Source: Eledone cirrhosa (Eukaryota). Taken from it: a DNA stretch of 54,955 nucleotides. The notes under the pieces were generated by a model. It was given only the letters and a program-made list of their open reading frames with translations, was not told the origin of the DNA and ran no database searches. A program made the translations under genes and the position numbers. Position 1 is the first letter of the stretch, and each line of letters begins with the position of its first letter. The stretch covers positions 1 through 54,955 of the forward strand of contig CAXHJY010000560.1 in assembly GCA_964016885.1 (NCBI GenBank), in the 5' to 3' direction. Positions 48,653 to 54,955 of the stretch are shown one piece after another.

Positions 48653-48830
48653 ATTGGTCGTTAGCATGCTCAACCAGCCGTGACGCTTAAACCAATCAGC
48701 TGTAGTAATTCAGTGAAACTACACACTGATTGGTCGAAATACAGTTTACAGGGCTTTGCATTCTGGAGCCATTTTTCTCTGTATAAAATGTATAAAAGGT
48801 AGTAAATTTACCCATCTCATTACAGTTGAA
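48653..48830 (+). promoter_or_regulatory. Putative pol II promoter in pLTR
   Basis: CCAAT boxes at 48653(-), 48692(+) and 48729(-), TATAAAAG at 48791, and Inr-like CAGTT ~32 nt downstream. Confidence 0.55.
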
Positions 48831-48860
48831 AATTGCAAACTCGACTGTCACCACATATCA

Positions 48861-48899
48861 TGAACCTGAAGATTGCGAAAGCATGAAAGTACTTGTTCA
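48861..48899 (+). ncRNA. Minimal hammerhead ribozyme
   Basis: TGAAC CTGAAGA T TGC gaaa GCA T GAAAG TA CTT GTTCA. Confidence 0.8.
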
Positions 48900-49090
48900 A
48901 TTAACACTTAGAATTTAATATTCTATCATACTATTTCATTATAATACCATATTATATATATTTTAAAGGATTGTAAATAAAACGAGTAAATCAGACAAAG
49001 TTGGAATTCCTCTTATTAATATAATCTTCTATACACAATCATACACACCCGTGTATATTTACCTATCTATATATATATATATATATGTAC

Positions 49091-49124
<34 letters not shown>

Positions 49125-49231
49125 TATATATATATATGTATATATATATATACACTATATATATATATATATATATATATACACTATATATATATATATA
49201 TGTGTATATATACACTATATATATATATATG

Positions 49232-49264
<33 letters not shown>

Positions 49265-49281
49265 TATATATATATATATAA

Positions 49282-49343
<62 letters not shown>

Positions 49344-49396
49344 GTATATATATAATTAACAACAAAGAACGCTTAGAGCATAGGTATATCTTTACT

Positions 49397-49442
49397 TGCT
49401 AACAGTGTTTCGTCCACACTATAAGTGGGACTCATCAGAGCA
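49397..49442 (-). ncRNA. Hammerhead ribozyme (family A, inverted arm)
   Basis: Mirror of 53482-53527. Confidence 0.8.
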
Positions 49443-49945
49443 TAAAGAGTGATTACATATTACACAAGCAATAACAAATCCAAGACATTGAAGAAATAAA
49501 AAATAAACATTGAAAAATAAGCATTGAAAAATAAGAGGTGCTATCAGTCACAGTTGGGCAGGGTGCTGTTAACATACAGTTACATACAAGCATACGCATA
49601 AGCATGAGCACCCGCATGCAACCACACAACAGGCAGCCATATGCAACACATATAGTATAGACTAATACAAATAACATATCATGGACGAGTATGCAAAAGC
49701 TAAGAGATGAATGGTGGATATACAATGGGTAAAAATACAATGGGTAAAAGTAAGATAAACAAAGGATAAAAATAGATTAACCATAGATAAAAAATAGATT
49801 AACCATGGATAAGAGATAGAGAATAGATAAGGAATAGACAAGAATAGATGAGATAGATAGGAGTAGATAAAAATAGATAAAAAATAGATAAAAAATAGAC
49901 AAATAATATATATAAAAAATATATATATAAAATATACAGATAATA

Positions 49946-51334
49946 GAGGGTGGGTTGTACCGGGATGACGCCCTACTCTCCATAGATACTAGTAAGTATA
50001 ATATAGTGCGCATTAGGAAAAAGCTGCATAGTTTCTTTAAAACCTTTAATCTGTCCATTACTATGGATATAAATGATAGAACTGTTAACTTCCTTGATGT
50101 TACATTAGACTTGGATAACCATACGTACACAGCGTACCATAAGCCTAATGAATTGCTGACTTACGTGAATACCAACTCTAACCACCCTAGGTCGGTCATC
50201 AGTGGTATATTGAAGGGCGTATCTAACAGAATAAGTTCACTCTCACATAGTGAAGAGGCGTTTAACTCGCAGGCTGATTACTATAATGATGCCTTAGCTA
50301 GATCCGGCTTTAGGGACAACTGGCATTATACCCAGGGAAATAATAGTCCTAATAGAAGCTCTACCAGTGTTGTTATAACACATAATATGTCCATTGGTAA
50401 TAGAGGTGTCTCGAATAGGAGGGTTCTAAATGCCGGTGAAATGAACCAGCAGGGTACCATTAGTCTAAGTAATAGCAATGGTAGGCCTCGCAGCTCCCCG
50501 CATAAATTAGGTGAGCATAGTAACCGTAGAAATAATAATATTAATAATAATAATAATAATAATAATGATGGAAATAAAAAGAATAGAAGAAGATTGAATA
50601 CATATTTCAACCCCCCTTTTAACTCTGAAGTGGCTATAAATATTCCTAGGGCCTTCTTCTCTGTGTTAGAAAGGAACTTCCCTCCTGGTAATAGGTACCA
50701 CTCTATCCTCAATAAGAATGTTGTTAAACTTTCGTATTCTACAACCCAAAATCTGGCCTCTCATCTAGCCAATACTAATAATAGGAAAATAAAGGAAGGC
50801 CTGGACAACCTAAGCCTAGGGGAAAACACGGTAGTGGACAGAGGGAGCCTGGACACACGTGGTCAGCAAGCTGGTGATCATTCTGAGAATAGCATCACCA
50901 GAAATTGTAACTGTAGAAGGGCTTCGGGCTGCCCCCTGAATGGTTTCTGCCTTATTAGAAACATAGTTTACGCGTGTGATGTGGTAACTACGGCGCCCAC
51001 TAAAACTTATATAGGATCAACCTCCACCCCCTTTAAGACCAGGTTTAACTCTCACCAGTGCACTTTTAGGCACAATAAACTGAGGAATTCCACCTCCTTG
51101 GCAGCGTACGTCCACAATTTAAAAAATGCACGAACACATTACACCCTCACTTGGCGGCAGGTTGCTAAATCCCATCCATATACTCCTCATAATAGAGTAT
51201 GTAACCTATGCCTTGCTGAATCCCACTCTATTATATTTGCTAAATGCTCTCTACTAAACAGAAAGTCAGAAATATTTTCCTCTTGCCCCCACCGAATATT
51301 AAGCTCTTTCTTCTACTTTAAACCTATTAGCTAG
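49946..51334 (+). pseudogene. PLE RT C-half + GIY-YIG endonuclease (Hydra-type), 5'-truncated but open
   Basis: GLYRDD, NFLDVTLDL, SNHP, YFNPPFN, CNCRRASGCPLNGFC, IVY...YIGST, CNLC, CPH. Confidence 0.92.
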
Positions 51335-53481
51335 CACTTTCTTAATTCTCCAGTTGGGCTATCTTGTGTAACTGTCTCTTATTGTGTGTAATTGTTTCCT
51401 ATTGTTTGTCTTCTATGTATATGAGTCTGTGTGTGTATATGTATGCCTGCGGGAGAATATTGATCTGGATATTGAGGTGTACAGGTGAGTTGGTGTGTAT
51501 GTTAATAAGCACCCCTGTTTGGCACAGTGGATGTGACCCATCCACGATCGCCTAGCCACCCTTAGTGCATTGGTGGGTCTATCCCAACGTGTACTTTACG
51601 GATCTGTACCTCTGTATGCGCATGAGTTATGATGTAATATATCTATGTAGAGCGTGTGCTGCGATATAGGCTGCACAAATGAAATCTAGCCTGTAACTGT
51701 GGGCGGACCTGTGCCATCTCGCCGTGAGCAGTAGATACGTAGCACATGCACGTGTTACCCTCCTATTCTGTGGTTTAAGATCTACAGGCTGACTTCGGAG
51801 AGCTTTGGCCCGGTGTTGTAGTCTTTCTAGCACAATCGGCCTTCCATATATTGACGGTCGTTGTTATTATCCCAAAAGTAATGTTTTGGCCCCGATAGCC
51901 CTCCGCAGTTATTAACGGTCTGTTTACACTTGAATCGGGCGACTACACGTGCGGACATGCATCTCTTCGTAAGAATTTACTTTGATTAATTTTTGCTGCA
52001 TCTCCTCGTAAGAATTTATCTTGAATGTATTATCTGTGACCAGTGTGAGCGACTGTGGTGGATTCTGCCTTTGTTGGCCTAATGTGATATTTCTGTGTAT
52101 TATATCCGCTTTGATCCGGGTGTCCTACGCTGTGTGTGTGTGCGTGTGTGTCTGTATATACATTTATATGTGTATGGGTGTAGGTGGTTGTATATGTCTA
52201 TCTATAAATATATATATATGTATACCGTCTCTGCATATGCATGTGGTGTGTGTATATGCATATACGTACTAACCATATTGTTGTGTATAATCTTGGGATG
52301 CCTCAATGTTGTGATTTCATGGATATTGGCTTTTGAAGCTATTTTTTATATGCGCTGTTGAGTATGCATATTAACCCGCCTAACCCAACTGTATTTGCTT
52401 GCTTTCGGCTAGCCCACCTGCACTTGCTTGCTTTCGGCCCACTTATCTGCCTCTTGATGTTCATGTTGATGTAAACGATTTTGCTTGCTACCTTGTGACG
52501 TTGTGACACTCAGTTATCTGCCCATGGATGTTCCTGCTGCTGCATGTGAATTTACCTACCTTCCTTGCATACGTCCTTGCTAGTGATGTGGATATACCTC
52601 TGTTGACCAATGGATTCCTGCCCGAGTGTGAACCTTTTGTGATTGCCCCACCGCTCAACTGTGTGAATGCACACCCGTGACTTTCGAGTGTGAACTTCTG
52701 TGACTGCCTAACCCGGATGTCTCCATTGCATTGCAATGGTCAACTCAATCGAGTGTGGACATAGCACCTGTTGATTATAAATCTCATTTGAGCATTTGAT
52801 TGTTGTGATATGGCTAACTGTAACACTTAAGGCGTTCGTGTGCCCCTGATATATTCAAGAATTATATTCAAAACATATATATCTTATCTCACTTTACTTT
52901 ATTTTATTTTATTTCATTGTATTTTATTTTATATAATTTTATTTTATTTTATTCTTTACCCTTTATCTCTATTATCTGTATATTTTATATATATATTTTT
53001 TATATTTTTTATATATATTATTTGTCTATTTTTTATCTATTTTTTATCTATTTTTATCTACTCCTATCTATCTCATCTATTCTTGTCTATTCCTTATCTA
53101 TTCTCTATCTCTTATCCATGGTTAATCTATTTTTTATCTATGGTTAATCTATTTTTATCCTTTGTTTATCTTACTTTTACCCATTGTATTTTTACCCATT
53201 GTATATCCACCATTCATCTCTTAGCTTTTGCATACTCGTCCATGATATGTTATTTGTATTAGTCTATACTATATGTGTTGCATATGGCTGCCTGTTGTGT
53301 GGTTGCATGCGGGTGCTCATGCTTATGCGTATGCTTGTATGTAACTGTATGTTAACAGCACCCTGCCCAACTGTGACTGATAGCACCTCTTATTTTTCAA
53401 TGCTTATTTTTCAATGTTTATTTTTTATTTCTTCAATGTCTTGGATTTGTTATTGCTTGTGTAATATGTAATCACTCTTTA

Positions 53482-53527
53482 TGCTCTGATGAGTCCCACT
53501 TATAGTGTGGACGAAACACTGTTAGCA
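53482..53527 (+). ncRNA. Type I minimal hammerhead ribozyme (family A)
   Basis: TGCT CTGATGA GTCC-CACT tat AGTG-t-GGAC GAAAC act GTT AGCA. Confidence 0.87.
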
Positions 53528-53659
53528 AGTAAAGATATACCTATGCTCTAAGCGTTCTTTGTTGTTAATTATATTACGGCTCTGTCCTCAGACATCGAGC
53601 TAACCTTATACTGCCTATTGGATAAGTGGAGTGTTACACACTCCTAATCCTCTCCCTTA

Positions 53660-54955
<1,296 letters not shown>

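Larger units (their letters stand above)
48259..49052 (+). mobile_element. 5'-truncated Neptune/Nematis-type PLE 3' end (EN fragment 48259-48483, pLTR)
   Basis: My translation: [20 protein letters not shown]...PLSGHLATC...FPF*...EKNFIDKFKPKLN. Promoter motifs and an HHR follow. Confidence 0.82.
49353..53659 (+). mobile_element. 5'-truncated Hydra-type PLE, family A, with inverted pLTR at its 5' end
   Basis: 49353-49946 is the reverse complement of 52967-53571, enclosing the ORF and 3' UTR. Tail 53572-53659. Confidence 0.92.

Overview
Eukaryotic, very probably cephalopod (Octopus-like), non-genic DNA; the taxon guess rests on recognisable SINE families. The window is essentially one giant interrupted (TA)n microsatellite that has been repeatedly invaded by retroelements. 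No host gene is evident. About 25 insertions are visible. Most are Penelope-like elements (PLEs) of three kinds: Hydra-type (GLYRDD RT, CxCx5Cx5C linker, C-terminal GIY-YIG), Neptune/Nematis-type, and one Naiad-type RT fragment with an insertion-in-fingers. They occur as one near-full-length copy (2808-9408), 5'-truncated copies, and many non-coding inverted pseudo-LTR (pLTR) palindromes. The pLTRs carry type I hammerhead ribozymes (HHRs), several with unusually long stem II or variant cores. Also present: a near-full-length CR1-group LINE whose ORF1 has Myb/SANT-like and CCCH motifs, three copies of an RTE-related non-autonomous element, and tRNA-derived SINEs. Most notable are (1) fixed, recurrent breakpoints of the inverted pLTR arms just upstream of a shared ACTC-like motif across unrelated families, (2) inter-family template-switch chimeras, and (3) the ribozyme variants. 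All calls are by eye, and clade names and element boundaries need computational confirmation.
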